A stretch of DNA of 64,000 nt from an uncultured Fibrobacterota bacterium (GTDB lineage Bacteria > Fibrobacterota > Chitinivibrionia > Chitinivibrionales > FEN-1185). Below the pieces are notes generated by a model, which was not told the DNA's origin, did no database searches, and was given only the letters and a program-made list of their open reading frames with translations. This document shows, in pieces, positions 1 through 9,310 of this stretch. The DNA is taken from NCBI GenBank assembly GCA_963753345.1, contig CAVWBU010000015.1, positions 64,001 through 128,000 on the forward strand, in the 5' to 3' direction. The translations under genes and the position numbers were made by a program. How positions within the stretch are numbered: position 1 is the first letter of the stretch; each line of letters starts with the position of its first letter.

Positions 1-2
1 AT

Positions 3-875
3 TATTACGGGAACAGGTACGAAAAGGCGAAGGCGCTGCTCCGCACCATGCTTGCCTCGGACATCGAGGATTTCGAGCTCCACTACTATCTGGGACTCGT
101 TTACGGCGCGCAGGATAGCCTCGATATGGCGAGGGTCGAACTCGAGAAATCGCTGGTGATCCGGCCCGACTATGCCGACGCGTGGATACAGGTGGTGTAT
201 CTCGACATCAAAGAGAAGGAAATGGATGCGGCGCTCGCCGATGCGGGGCGCTTTACAAAAAGCGTGGCCGTGAGCCCGGCCGCGTGGCGGACGCTGGGCT
301 ACGTGTACAACGTGCGCAAGGAGTTTTCGGCGGCGCTTCCGCACCTGCGGAAGGCGGTGGGCCTCGACTCGCTCGACGCGTTCGCGCTGTACGAGCTGGG
401 CAGCGCGCTGGAACGCACCGGCGATTGCGGCGCGTCGGCCGTGGCGTTCAGGCGCGTTTTGCGCCTCAAGCCCGACGAAGTTTCCGCCGCGAATTATCTG
501 GGCTACATGTGGGCCGACAAGGGCATCAAGCTCGACAGCGCCAGGGCGCTTATCGGATTTGCCGTGCGGCGCGACACGGCCAACGGCGCGTTCCTCGATT
601 CGTATGCGTGGGTGTTCTACAAAATGGGAATGCTTGACAGCGCGCTCGTTTACATGCGGAAGGCGATCAAGCTGATCAACGACGACGCCACGGTGATGAG
701 CCACTACGCGGACATCCTTCTCGTCACCGGCAGCAGACGCGAAGCGCTTGCGGCGTTCAGAAAGAGCCTCAACATCGATCCGAAATCGGACGAGAGCGAC
801 CACGTGCGGAAAATGATCGGCGAGATCGAGGCGAAACAGGATGAGAAACCGGAGAAAAAACCGGCAGCGAAGTGA
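3..875 (+). CDS. Tetratricopeptide-repeat protein, 5'-partial
   Basis: Frame is open from the window start. Repeated TPR-like helices, plus AANYLGYMWAD and AFLDSYAWVFYKMG motifs typical of envelope TPR proteins. Confidence 0.85.
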   Translation, partial: YYGNRYEKAKALLRTMLASDIEDFELHYYLGLVYGAQDSLDMARVELEKSLVIRPDYADAWIQVVYLDIKEKEMDAALADAGRFTKSVAVSPAAWRTLGYVYNVRKEFSAALPHLRKAVGLDSLDAFALYELGSALERTGDCGASAVAFRRVLRLKPDEVSAANYLGYMWADKGIKLDSARALIGFAVRRDTANGAFLDSYAWVFYKMGMLDSALVYMRKAIKLINDDATVMSHYADILLVTGSRREALAAFRKSLNIDPKSDESDHVRKMIGEIEAKQDEKPEKKPAAK

Positions 876-935
876 CGTGCCGCCGTCGCCGCACCAGCGC
901 CCTCCGCATGTATCCTCCGTCACCCAAAGCTTTCG

Positions 936-1661
936 ATGCGCACACTCACCACAACAATTGCCACCTGCTGCCTGCTGCTTCTTGCCTGCACGGTGCGGCC
1001 GCCGCTCACCATGGATGCCGCGGTGGCCTCGATTGCTCCGGTTGCGGCGGCTGCCGACAGCGTGTTCTCCGTGCAGGGAAGCGGAACCGTTGCGGTGATG
1101 CAGAACGGGCAGGAACTTGCCGTAACCTTCGACCTCTCGTGGAACGGCGATTCTTCGTTTGCCGCGCAGTTCTACGGACCCATGGCTATGCCGCTTGCCT
1201 CGATACGCAGCGTCACTGCGATGCGGTGGCTCGTAACCGCGGGCGATTCCCAGTACACGCAGCACCCTTCGCAGCGCGTAAGCGTGGGGCAGGGGTTCGT
1301 TGATTTTCCGATGACCTGGGCGGAACTGCTTTCTGCCCTTACGCTCAGGTACCCATGCGCCGCGCACCTGCGCGGACGTCCCGACAGCATGTTTACCGAC
1401 AGGAAAGGCGCACATTGTCTGTGGCGGTCGCGCCGCTGCGGTGAGCAAACCCTCGACATTCAGGTTGCGCTCGATAATAAAACAGACCGCTTGGCCGAAA
1501 TCAGTTATGGTGCGGGCGGAACCGCGGGCGCAGGGCTGATTTTCGGAAAATTCCGCGATGGCCGGCCCAAAGAAATCCGGTTCGTTTCTTCAGACAACAA
1601 TTATTTTTACGTCACCTATCGCGCACTCACCGTGAATTCCCGGAAGGTCCGGTTGCCATGA
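936..1661 (+). CDS. Putative lipoprotein (DUF4292/LolB-like)
   Basis: Signal peptide with lipobox LLLAC; lies between the TPR gene and the PorV-like gene; stop overlaps the next ATG. Confidence 0.55.
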   Translation: MRTLTTTIATCCLLLLACTVRPPLTMDAAVASIAPVAAAADSVFSVQGSGTVAVMQNGQELAVTFDLSWNGDSSFAAQFYGPMAMPLASIRSVTAMRWLVTAGDSQYTQHPSQRVSVGQGFVDFPMTWAELLSALTLRYPCAAHLRGRPDSMFTDRKGAHCLWRSRRCGEQTLDIQVALDNKTDRLAEISYGAGGTAGAGLIFGKFRDGRPKEIRFVSSDNNYFYVTYRALTVNSRKVRLP

Positions 1662-2683
1662 TTCGAAGAATCGCGTTGACCGCATGCGCAGCGGCCTGCT
1701 GTGCAGGAACCGCGTTTGCGCAGTCGGACCAGGCGGGCACGCGGGCATTCCCCTTCCTCAATCTCGATTACGACGCGCGCACCATCTCCATGGGCGGCGT
1801 GTCGGTCGCCGTGCCCAACGATTTGTACGGCGCGGTGAGCAATCCCGCGGCAATCGGCTACGTTTCAAAACGTCAGGTGGTTCTCGGGTACCGCTCGGTT
1901 ATCGACGACGTGTGGGGAAGCCCGGTGGCGGTGGCGCTGCCGTATTCAAACTGGGGAACGTTCGCGCTCAGCCTTGTCAACATATCCTACGGATCGCTTA
2001 CCGAGGTCGACGAAGGCGCGGACGGAACGCCGCAGACCACCGGAATTACATGGCATTCGTATTCCTTCGCCGGCAGCCTTTCCTGGGCGAAAATCGTGTG
2101 GGAGTCGCTTTCCATAGGAGGATCGCTGCGCGAGGTTCACGACTATATCGGGAATTCGGGCGGCACCGCGGAGCACTATACCGCCGACGCCATTGTGGTC
2201 CAGGGCGGGCTCCAGTACCGGTGGAACGGATCACGGGTCATTGTCGGACTTGCCGTCAACAACGCGGGGCTGATGATCTCGAGCTATTCCGACGAGACCG
2301 AGGACCTCAATATGCCCGTGTCGGTGTCGGCCGGCGTTTCCTACTCTCCGGAATACATCCCCAACCTGCGCGTTGCCCTCGACCTCGCACAGCCCGTGGA
2401 CGGTTTTCTCACCTACAAGCTCGGCGGCGAGCTTGACATTTACAAAAGGTACGTGATCCTCCGCGCCGGGTATTCCTTCAGCGAGCCCGACCTCGAATCC
2501 CAGATCAAGGTGTTGCAGGGCGAGAGTTCCGACGGGTACCAGAAATCCAACTGGGCAGGGTTTTGTTTCGGCGCGGGCTTCAACGCCGACATCGGCGTGG
2601 TGAATGCCGGACTCGACGTGGCGGTCCAGCTTATTCAGGACATGAACCCCGCGCTCGCCGTGAGCGTGATTGCAGGGTTCTGA
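1658..2683 (+). CDS. PorV/PorQ-family outer-membrane beta-barrel (T9SS-associated)
   Basis: Signal peptide followed by FPFLNLDYDARTISMGG...NPAAIG, typical of the PorV/PorQ/FadL-like N-terminus; C-terminal Phe. Confidence 0.75.
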   Translation: MIRRIALTACAAACCAGTAFAQSDQAGTRAFPFLNLDYDARTISMGGVSVAVPNDLYGAVSNPAAIGYVSKRQVVLGYRSVIDDVWGSPVAVALPYSNWGTFALSLVNISYGSLTEVDEGADGTPQTTGITWHSYSFAGSLSWAKIVWESLSIGGSLREVHDYIGNSGGTAEHYTADAIVVQGGLQYRWNGSRVIVGLAVNNAGLMISSYSDETEDLNMPVSVSAGVSYSPEYIPNLRVALDLAQPVDGFLTYKLGGELDIYKRYVILRAGYSFSEPDLESQIKVLQGESSDGYQKSNWAGFCFGAGFNADIGVVNAGLDVAVQLIQDMNPALAVSVIAGF

Positions 2684-2732
2684 AGACCTTCCGCGATTTC
2701 TCGTATTATACATTGTAATAAAAAAGAAGAAT

Positions 2733-3207
2733 GGGCGTTCCCCTCCCCCTCGACTTCGCTCGGGGTTGGGCCGGTCTCCCTCCGGGCTCGGCTTCTCGCC
2801 TCGTTGCCGCCTGCCACTAAGGCCCTTCGGGCCGTGGTCGGGCGGCGATGCGCTCTTGCTCACCCTCCGGTCCACCTAACGCGCGGCAACGAAATCTATT
2901 CTGTCAATCATTTCTTCTCGCGCCAGTCTTCAACTCTCAACTTTCAACTATTTTTCTCGGTGCGGCCACAACAATGCATGGTCTTGCACAAAGGGAAAAG
3001 TGAAAGTCACGTGATACCCGAAGAGTGGTATTTGCGCCAGGGGCGACTGGAGGTCGTGCTGGAGCACGATGCTGCCCGGACCCGCCGCAACGCGGCATAG
3101 GGCCGTGGCAGCCCGAGGCCTTGGCCGAGACCGGAAGGAGAACCGGTGCCGAAGGCAGGCGCCCAATTCTTTAACTGGGTTTTTGAGACAGCCTGAACTT
3201 CCCCCGC
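2733..3207. repeat. Structured repeat mosaic: A(-) 2733-2887, linker 2891-2928, TCAAC tandem 2929-2950, B-end fragment, A(+) 3034-3164, D tail 3165-3207
   Basis: Shares gggcgttccc...cctaacgcgcgg and ...ccggaaggagaaccg...ggcgccc blocks with about 15 other loci in the window. Confidence 0.9.
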
Positions 3208-3215
3208 AAAATGAG

Positions 3216-4301
3216 CTACTTCTTGATTTTCGAAGTGGTTCCAACCATAAACTCAACCTTCATCTCCACCGTGTTCGAGAAGAACGAAAGCTTGTCGTCC
3301 GGGTCGCTTCTGTCGGTATTGATATCCTTGTTGAGCACGAACCCCTTTTTTTCCCTGAAAAACCCCAGGTACCGCCCCACATAGCACACAGAAACCTCCA
3401 TACCCGAGGTTTTCGACAATGCGCGCTGGGACGAGATGCCGATTCTCCATCCGCCGCCGTACCCCCAGGCGTAGAAGTTCCTAAGGTTCGCCCTGGCCGC
3501 CACAATCACCGAATCCGGGACGCCGGACCAGGCGACCGAAGTCTGTTTTGACAGATAGGAATACGGCAGGATGTATGCGCCCACGATGACGGACGTGCGG
3601 TCCACGCCTTCTATGCGGAACAACTTTTCGTCAAGGCTGTGCCGATACAGCATGCCCACGTTGAAGGTGTAGGAATCGAGCGATTGCCGGTAGTTGACTT
3701 TCCCGGACGCGGTGTCGCGCTGGAGCGTGGCCTGGAGCACCTTGCCGATGTAACAGAAAGAGCCTTCGAACGACACCGAACTCTTGCGGTAGACGAGCGG
3801 GGTCCAGGAGACCGATATCGGGAAAAGGATGTTGTAGGTGTTCACGGGTTCCGTCACCGACATGCCGAACGTGTCCGGATTCATGGGCAGAATCTTCTGC
3901 ACCGAATCCGGGAGGTTGCTCTGCCAGTCGTTGAAAATGTCGAACGATCCCAGCGCCCAGCCGATGCCGAATCCTATCGAAGGAATCTTGAGGAAAAGGC
4001 TGGCGGTGTCTTCAACCGCAACAGCGGTTTTCCTCTGGAGCTGAAGCGCTGTCCTTTTCAGAAGAGAGTCGTTTGACAATGACGCCGGGTTCTTCTGCGT
4101 TGAATCGGAAACCTTAACAGCGGCAGGAGCGGTGGATGTGTCCTTTGACTGAAGAGATGCGGGCCTTTTGAGAGTGTCCGCAGGCGAGGGATTGACTTTG
4201 AGGGAATCACGGTCTGCGCAATACGCCTGCGTTGTACAGACAAAAGCCGCCGCAATGACGATCATCAACAAGGATTGATGAAAAGATGGCGAGTGGTTCA
4301 T
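3216..4301 (-). CDS. Hypothetical exported/outer-membrane protein
   Basis: ATG overlaps the tsaB stop (ATGA); hydrophobic signal-like N-terminus, low-complexity linker, beta-strand-rich C-terminal part. Confidence 0.65.
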   Translation of the reverse strand: MNHSPSFHQSLLMIVIAAAFVCTTQAYCADRDSLKVNPSPADTLKRPASLQSKDTSTAPAAVKVSDSTQKNPASLSNDSLLKRTALQLQRKTAVAVEDTASLFLKIPSIGFGIGWALGSFDIFNDWQSNLPDSVQKILPMNPDTFGMSVTEPVNTYNILFPISVSWTPLVYRKSSVSFEGSFCYIGKVLQATLQRDTASGKVNYRQSLDSYTFNVGMLYRHSLDEKLFRIEGVDRTSVIVGAYILPYSYLSKQTSVAWSGVPDSVIVAARANLRNFYAWGYGGGWRIGISSQRALSKTSGMEVSVCYVGRYLGFFREKKGFVLNKDINTDRSDPDDKLSFFSNTVEMKVEFMVGTTSKIKK

Positions 4302-4999
4302 GGTGTCGGTACCGTCCGTTTCTTTTCTGCCTGCACCTCGCTGAGGTAGCGCGGCACGATGTTTTCCGCAGTCGTCCATCCGGCGCTGTCGCCGTTGCGG
4401 AGGCCGGCAATCATGGCGCAAGAGAGCCCGCGCTGGAGCGGGAATCGTTCAACGGGAAATACCGAAGTCCTGCCTTTCAGAAAATCGAATGCCGTGCTTC
4501 TTGCATAGCCGAGCGTGTCCGTGATCACAATGTCGTTATTGGAAACGGCCTGCTTGAATTCCTCGACCGTGGAGAGAACGTCGTCCGAGAGGCGCGCCAT
4601 TGCGCCGCCGCATTTTTCGAACCTGGCCGAGAACACCTGGCCGTTGCGCGCGTCCGACGCGCACACGATGAGGGCGTCACGCGCGTGCCAGGCTCCCGCC
4701 ATGCTTTCCAGAGAGGAAACCGGCAGCACGCGGCCGTCGCGGCCGAAAAGAAAACCCTTGAGAAAAGCAATGCCGATGCGCAGGCCGGTAAACGAACCGG
4801 GCCCCACCGCGATTGCGGCATGAGAAATTTCCGAGGGTTTCACCTTGTTCGCGGCCAGAAGATAATCCACTGCCTGGCTGATGTGCTCGGCGTGCGAATT
4901 GCGCAGGTATCTCGACACCGCCATCACGGGACAGCCGTCCGAGGCGAGGCCGATGCCGAGCTCGATGGACGATGTGTCGATGCCGAGCGTGTGATTCAT
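4298..4999 (-). CDS. tsaB: tRNA threonylcarbamoyladenosine biosynthesis protein TsaB
   Basis: LGIDTSS, HAE and GPGSFTGLRIG motifs. Confidence 0.93.
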   Translation of the reverse strand: MNHTLGIDTSSIELGIGLASDGCPVMAVSRYLRNSHAEHISQAVDYLLAANKVKPSEISHAAIAVGPGSFTGLRIGIAFLKGFLFGRDGRVLPVSSLESMAGAWHARDALIVCASDARNGQVFSARFEKCGGAMARLSDDVLSTVEEFKQAVSNNDIVITDTLGYARSTAFDFLKGRTSVFPVERFPLQRGLSCAMIAGLRNGDSAGWTTAENIVPRYLSEVQAEKKRTVPTP

Positions 5000-5007
5000 G
5001 CTGGGTG

Positions 5008-6051
5008 TCAGGGCGTTATCGGGTTTTTGAGCGCGACCTGTATCATCAGGTCGATAAGCTGCCTGTACGTGCCTCCGGCCGCCTTGAAAGATTTGGGAAG
5101 CAGCGAATTGGCGGTGAGGCCCGGAAGCGAGTTGATCTCGAGAACGTACAGCGTTCCGTCTTGAGCGAGGATCATGTCGGTGCGCGACACGCCACGGCAC
5201 GAAAGAATCGCGTGGCATCGCAGAGCAAGGTCCTGGATCCGGTTGACAAGCTCCTTGCCGCGCCGGATGGGCACGATTTCCTCGGATCCGCCGTCATCGT
5301 ATTTCGCCTTGAAGTTGAAGTAATTGGCCTTGAGCGGCCGGATCTCTACGGGCGGAAGCGCCTTGACAGTGCCGTCCGGCATTTCGAGCACCGGACAGGT
5401 GAATTCCGGGCCCTTGATTCCTTTCTCTATGAGAATCTCCGGAGAATACTGGAGCATTTCCTCCATTTTGGTGCCGAGTCCGGCGCCGCAGTCCACGCGG
5501 GTCATGAGTCTGCTCGAACCGGACTGCGGGCACTTTACATACATGGGATAATCGAGCCTGTCTGCAAGGAAACGCCACGTCACTTCCGGATGGCCTCTCC
5601 CAGCGATGTAGAACGGGGGAGTCTTGATGTTGTTCTGTTCGAACATGAACTTGGTAGCGATTTTATTCATTGCCACTGCGCTTGCGAATACGCTCGACCC
5701 GGTGTAGGGGACCATGATGGTGTCGAGGTATCCCTGCAGCAGGCCGTCTTCCCCGAAGGAACCGTGCACGGCGAGAAAGGCGACGTCGCAGTTTTTCCAG
5801 ACCGCCTCGGACGCGTACGGCTTGAACGGCCCCTTAAAGCGCTTGCTTTTTGCGGGGTCGGCAAGCTCGTCTGTCGTGGGAAGATTCTTCGCAATATCGC
5901 AAAAGAAGAATTCCTGGTCTACGGAAATCACCACCGCTCTTGCAGAATATTTCCTGCGGTTAATGTTTTTGAGGACCTCGTGTCCGGACAACAGCGAGAT
6001 TTCGTGCTCGGCCGAAGGGCCGCCCATCACCACGTTTACGCGGAGAGGCAT
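5008..6051 (-). CDS. ddl: D-alanine--D-alanine ligase
   Basis: [19 protein letters not shown] and EINSLPG motifs. Confidence 0.93.
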   Translation of the reverse strand: MPLRVNVVMGGPSAEHEISLLSGHEVLKNINRRKYSARAVVISVDQEFFFCDIAKNLPTTDELADPAKSKRFKGPFKPYASEAVWKNCDVAFLAVHGSFGEDGLLQGYLDTIMVPYTGSSVFASAVAMNKIATKFMFEQNNIKTPPFYIAGRGHPEVTWRFLADRLDYPMYVKCPQSGSSRLMTRVDCGAGLGTKMEEMLQYSPEILIEKGIKGPEFTCPVLEMPDGTVKALPPVEIRPLKANYFNFKAKYDDGGSEEIVPIRRGKELVNRIQDLALRCHAILSCRGVSRTDMILAQDGTLYVLEINSLPGLTANSLLPKSFKAAGGTYRQLIDLMIQVALKNPITP

Positions 6052-7370
6052 AGGTTTGCTTCCTTTATTTTTTTAGCGATGACGTCGACGCATTGCGCGG
6101 CCGCGATGCGGTACTGCTGGCGTGAATCGCGCTCCCGCACCGTCACGGTGTCGTCCTGGATCGACTGGCCGTCCACCGTGATGCAGTAGGGGGTGCCTGC
6201 CTCGTCCTGGCGCGCATATCGGCGGCCGATCGCAGAATTAAGATCGAAAGAAGCCCGCACCGAATTGTCAAGCAGATCCTTGTATATCTTTTCCGCCTTT
6301 TCCGGCATGCCCTCCTTCTTCACAAGGGGGAGCACCGCCGCCTTGATGGGCGCGAGCGCCGGATGGAACCGCATGATCACCCGCTGGGCGTCCTCCTTGT
6401 CGACGTCGTACGCGTCGATGAGGAAGGCGAGCGTGGCGCGGTCCGCGCCGGCTGCCGGTTCGATCACGTAGGGGAAAATGTGCTGCTTGGACTCCTCGTC
6501 GAAATAGGAGAGGTCCCTGCCGCTGGACTCCGTGTGCCTTTTAAGGTCGAAATCGGTGCGGTTGGCGATGCCTTCCAGCTCGCTCCACCCGAACGGGAAC
6601 TGGTATTCCACGTCGGCACAAGCCTTGGCATAATGCGCAAGCTCGTCCTGCGCATGATCGCGCAGCCGGAGGTTGTCTTTCTTGATGCCGAGCCGAAGAT
6701 ACCACGAAAGCCTCGCGTTGCGCCAGTATTCGTACCACTCTGCGTCGGTGCCCGGCATGCAGAAGAACTCCATTTCCATTTGCTCGAACTCGCGCGTGCG
6801 GTAGGTGAAGTTGCCGGGCGTTATCTCGTTGCGGAAGCTTTTGCCGATCTGGGCGATGCCGAACGGCGGCTTGAGCCGCGCGGCCTGCTGGACATTGAGG
6901 AAATTTACGAAAATGCCCTGCGCAGTTTCCGGCCGCATGTACACGACCGCCGAAGAGTCTTCAACAGGGCCCATGAATGTTTTAAACATCAGGTTGAATT
7001 TCCGCACGCCGGTGAGCTCGCCGCCGCACTTGGGACATTTTGTGAGGTCGGTGAGGTGGTCGGCGCGGAACCGTTCCTTGCACGATTTGCAGTCGACAAG
7101 CGGGTCGGTGAAGCCAGCGAGATGGCCGGACGCTTCCCAGACCTTGGGATGCATGAGAATTGCCGCGTCGAGTCCCACGATGTCGCGGCGGTTGGTCACC
7201 ATGGACTTCCACCATGCCTCTTTGACGTTGCGCTTGAGCTCGACGCCGAGAGGGCCATAGTCCCAGCAGCTTGTCAGGCCGCCGTAGATCTCGCTTGACT
7301 GGAAAATAAATCCGCGTCTCTTGCACAAAGACACGATGGTTGTCATGAGGTCGGGAGCCTTTTGAGCCAT
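6036..7370 (-). CDS. glyQS: Glycine--tRNA ligase (alpha2 type)
   Basis: [35 protein letters not shown] and [14 protein letters not shown] motifs. Confidence 0.96.
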   Translation of the reverse strand: MAQKAPDLMTTIVSLCKRRGFIFQSSEIYGGLTSCWDYGPLGVELKRNVKEAWWKSMVTNRRDIVGLDAAILMHPKVWEASGHLAGFTDPLVDCKSCKERFRADHLTDLTKCPKCGGELTGVRKFNLMFKTFMGPVEDSSAVVYMRPETAQGIFVNFLNVQQAARLKPPFGIAQIGKSFRNEITPGNFTYRTREFEQMEMEFFCMPGTDAEWYEYWRNARLSWYLRLGIKKDNLRLRDHAQDELAHYAKACADVEYQFPFGWSELEGIANRTDFDLKRHTESSGRDLSYFDEESKQHIFPYVIEPAAGADRATLAFLIDAYDVDKEDAQRVIMRFHPALAPIKAAVLPLVKKEGMPEKAEKIYKDLLDNSVRASFDLNSAIGRRYARQDEAGTPYCITVDGQSIQDDTVTVRERDSRQQYRIAAAQCVDVIAKKIKEANLCLSA

Positions 7371-7381
7371 TACATATTCCT

Positions 7382-8377
7382 TTATGTCTTCAGCGTAAGC
7401 TGCTGTTGTTTCGAAAGATACTTCTTTAGATTCAAGGTGAGCCTTTGCATGATCGGCTTGGAAACATCCACCTCGAAATCCATGCCGGTTATCATTTCGT
7501 AAAGACGGATATACCGGTGCGAAAGCTCGATCACAAGTTCTTTCGGTGCAGCCGGCAGCACCGCGTCCTTGTACGGATCGCAATGCTCCTTGAACCAGAG
7601 ACGCAGAAATTCCTTGTCGATGTTTTCCGGTTCCTGCCCGTCTTGTATGCGCTGTTTGTAACTGTCCGCGAGCCAGTAGCGCGAAGAGTCCGGGGTATGG
7701 ATTTCGTCAATGAGCAAGATGTTCCCCTTGTCGTCCGTGCCGAGTTCGTATTTGGTGTCCACCAGAATGAGACCGTTCTGGCCCGCGATGTCGGTTCCGC
7801 GGCTGAAAAGCCCGAACACGATTTCCTCGAGTTTCTTCCACGTCTTTGCGTCGACAATGCCGCGGCCTACGATTTCCTTTGCGGAAATCGATTCATCATG
7901 CTCGTCCGATTTCGTGGTTGGCGTTAAAATCGGCTTGACGAATTTCTGGTTCTTGGTCATGCCGTCCGGCAGTATGTTTCCGCAAATGTCGCGCTTCCCC
8001 TTGGTATACTGCGTCCATGCGGACGTGTCGGTCGACCCGGTGAGATACCCGCGAACCACGAATTCGACGGGGAAGACCCTGCATTTTTTCGCCACCGTAA
8101 CGTTCGGATCGGGCACGTCGAGCACCGCGTTTGCGACAATGTCACTTGTGTTGTCAAACCAGAACGCGCTCACCTGGTTGAGCGCCTGTCCTTTGAACGG
8201 GATCGAGGCGAGGATGCGGTCAAAGGCGCTCTGGCGGTCGGTGGTGATGAGGAGCATCCTGTCGCCGAGATCGTAGGTGTCGCGCACCTTGCCCTTCTTC
8301 CGATTCGGCACGTTGAGAAACGACGTGTCGTCGAGGCAGTTGGCAAGGTTTTTTTCTATAAGTTCTTTTGAAACCAT
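7382..8377 (-). CDS. purC: SAICAR synthetase
   Basis: [24 protein letters not shown] and [12 protein letters not shown] motifs. Confidence 0.95.
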   Translation of the reverse strand: MVSKELIEKNLANCLDDTSFLNVPNRKKGKVRDTYDLGDRMLLITTDRQSAFDRILASIPFKGQALNQVSAFWFDNTSDIVANAVLDVPDPNVTVAKKCRVFPVEFVVRGYLTGSTDTSAWTQYTKGKRDICGNILPDGMTKNQKFVKPILTPTTKSDEHDESISAKEIVGRGIVDAKTWKKLEEIVFGLFSRGTDIAGQNGLILVDTKYELGTDDKGNILLIDEIHTPDSSRYWLADSYKQRIQDGQEPENIDKEFLRLWFKEHCDPYKDAVLPAAPKELVIELSHRYIRLYEMITGMDFEVDVSKPIMQRLTLNLKKYLSKQQQLTLKT

Positions 8378-8486
8378 GAATGGTCCTGCGGGCCGGATCG
8401 GTTTGAAAAGCGGTTGGTAAAGCACTTGGAAAACGATGTAACAAAATAGTTTATGTCGGATATGATCGGATAGGAGGAGAAAAAAT

Positions 8487-9110
8487 GGGCGTTCCCCCAT
8501 GTAGAGCTGTATCAAAATAATGCAAATTTGGTGGGGGAGGTGTCCCCCTGGCCCCAAGTCTCCTCGCCACGCTCCGCGCGTCTGCGGGGTCTTGGGGCAC
8601 ACCCCCTCGTGGGTAGCCCCCTATGGAGTTACTTTGCGAGAAAGAAGCCTAGGCTGCGGGGGCACCAAGAAACATTGTGGAATGATGATCGCAGAATGCG
8701 GAATAAGGCAGAAGAATGTCATTGCGAGCCCCTCGTCAGAGCTCGGGATAAACTCCGCGAAGCACCGTAACTAGGATCGCATACAATCCTAAAGGAGTAG
8801 CTGCGAAGCGAATCTACAGTTGATTCTTCAGAATATGAATTCCTTTTGACCTCTCCCCCAACCCCTCTCCGGACAGAGAGGAGAGTGACAGATGCGAAAG
8901 CCGTGCTGAGAGTTGGGCTGTGTCTTATGCGCCGCGCCAGGCCGGACTGCAAGGTGCGCCAGAGCGCATTGCCGGCCGACCCCGCCGCCAGGCATAGGGG
9001 CGGTTCGGCAACGAGGCCTTGGCCGAGCCTGGAAGGAGGGCCGCCGCCGTCTTCGGCGGGGCGCCCAAATCTTCTCTTGAGTTTTGAGACCGGCTGTGCT
9101 TCTCCCCCGA
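8487..9110. repeat. Structured repeat mosaic: A-end remnant 8487-8498, B 8530-8673, GTCATTGCGAG element 8717-8766, CCCCTCTCC element 8849-8885, A(+) 8931-9066, D tail 9067-9110
   Basis: Each block matches other copies in the window. Confidence 0.85.
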
Positions 9111-9310
9111 TATTAATTGAATTTGAATTTAAAGTCCCATGTTTTCAATTTGGCAAATATACGATAGAAGGGTTATATTCTGTAATAGGGGGAAGATTAC
9201 CGCGCGCCTGCGCGGTCGACCATCGGTTCCGGTTCGCGGTACTGATATTTCCGCTAGTGAAAAATACTCCAATGTCAATGACGTACTTTAAGCGTTAAAG
9301 GGGGAGTGCT

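Noticed and set aside
3125-3146. CCGGAAGGAG in module A resembles the SRP RNA domain IV loop
   Set aside because: The flanking CAGG/AGCAG is missing, the loop varies (GGAG), and 17 divergent copies do not fit a single-copy SRP RNA.
9080-9110. GTTTTGAGAC tails and GTTGAA tandems as CRISPR repeats
   Set aside because: There is no regular repeat-spacer periodicity and no cas genes; copies are dispersed or lack spacers.
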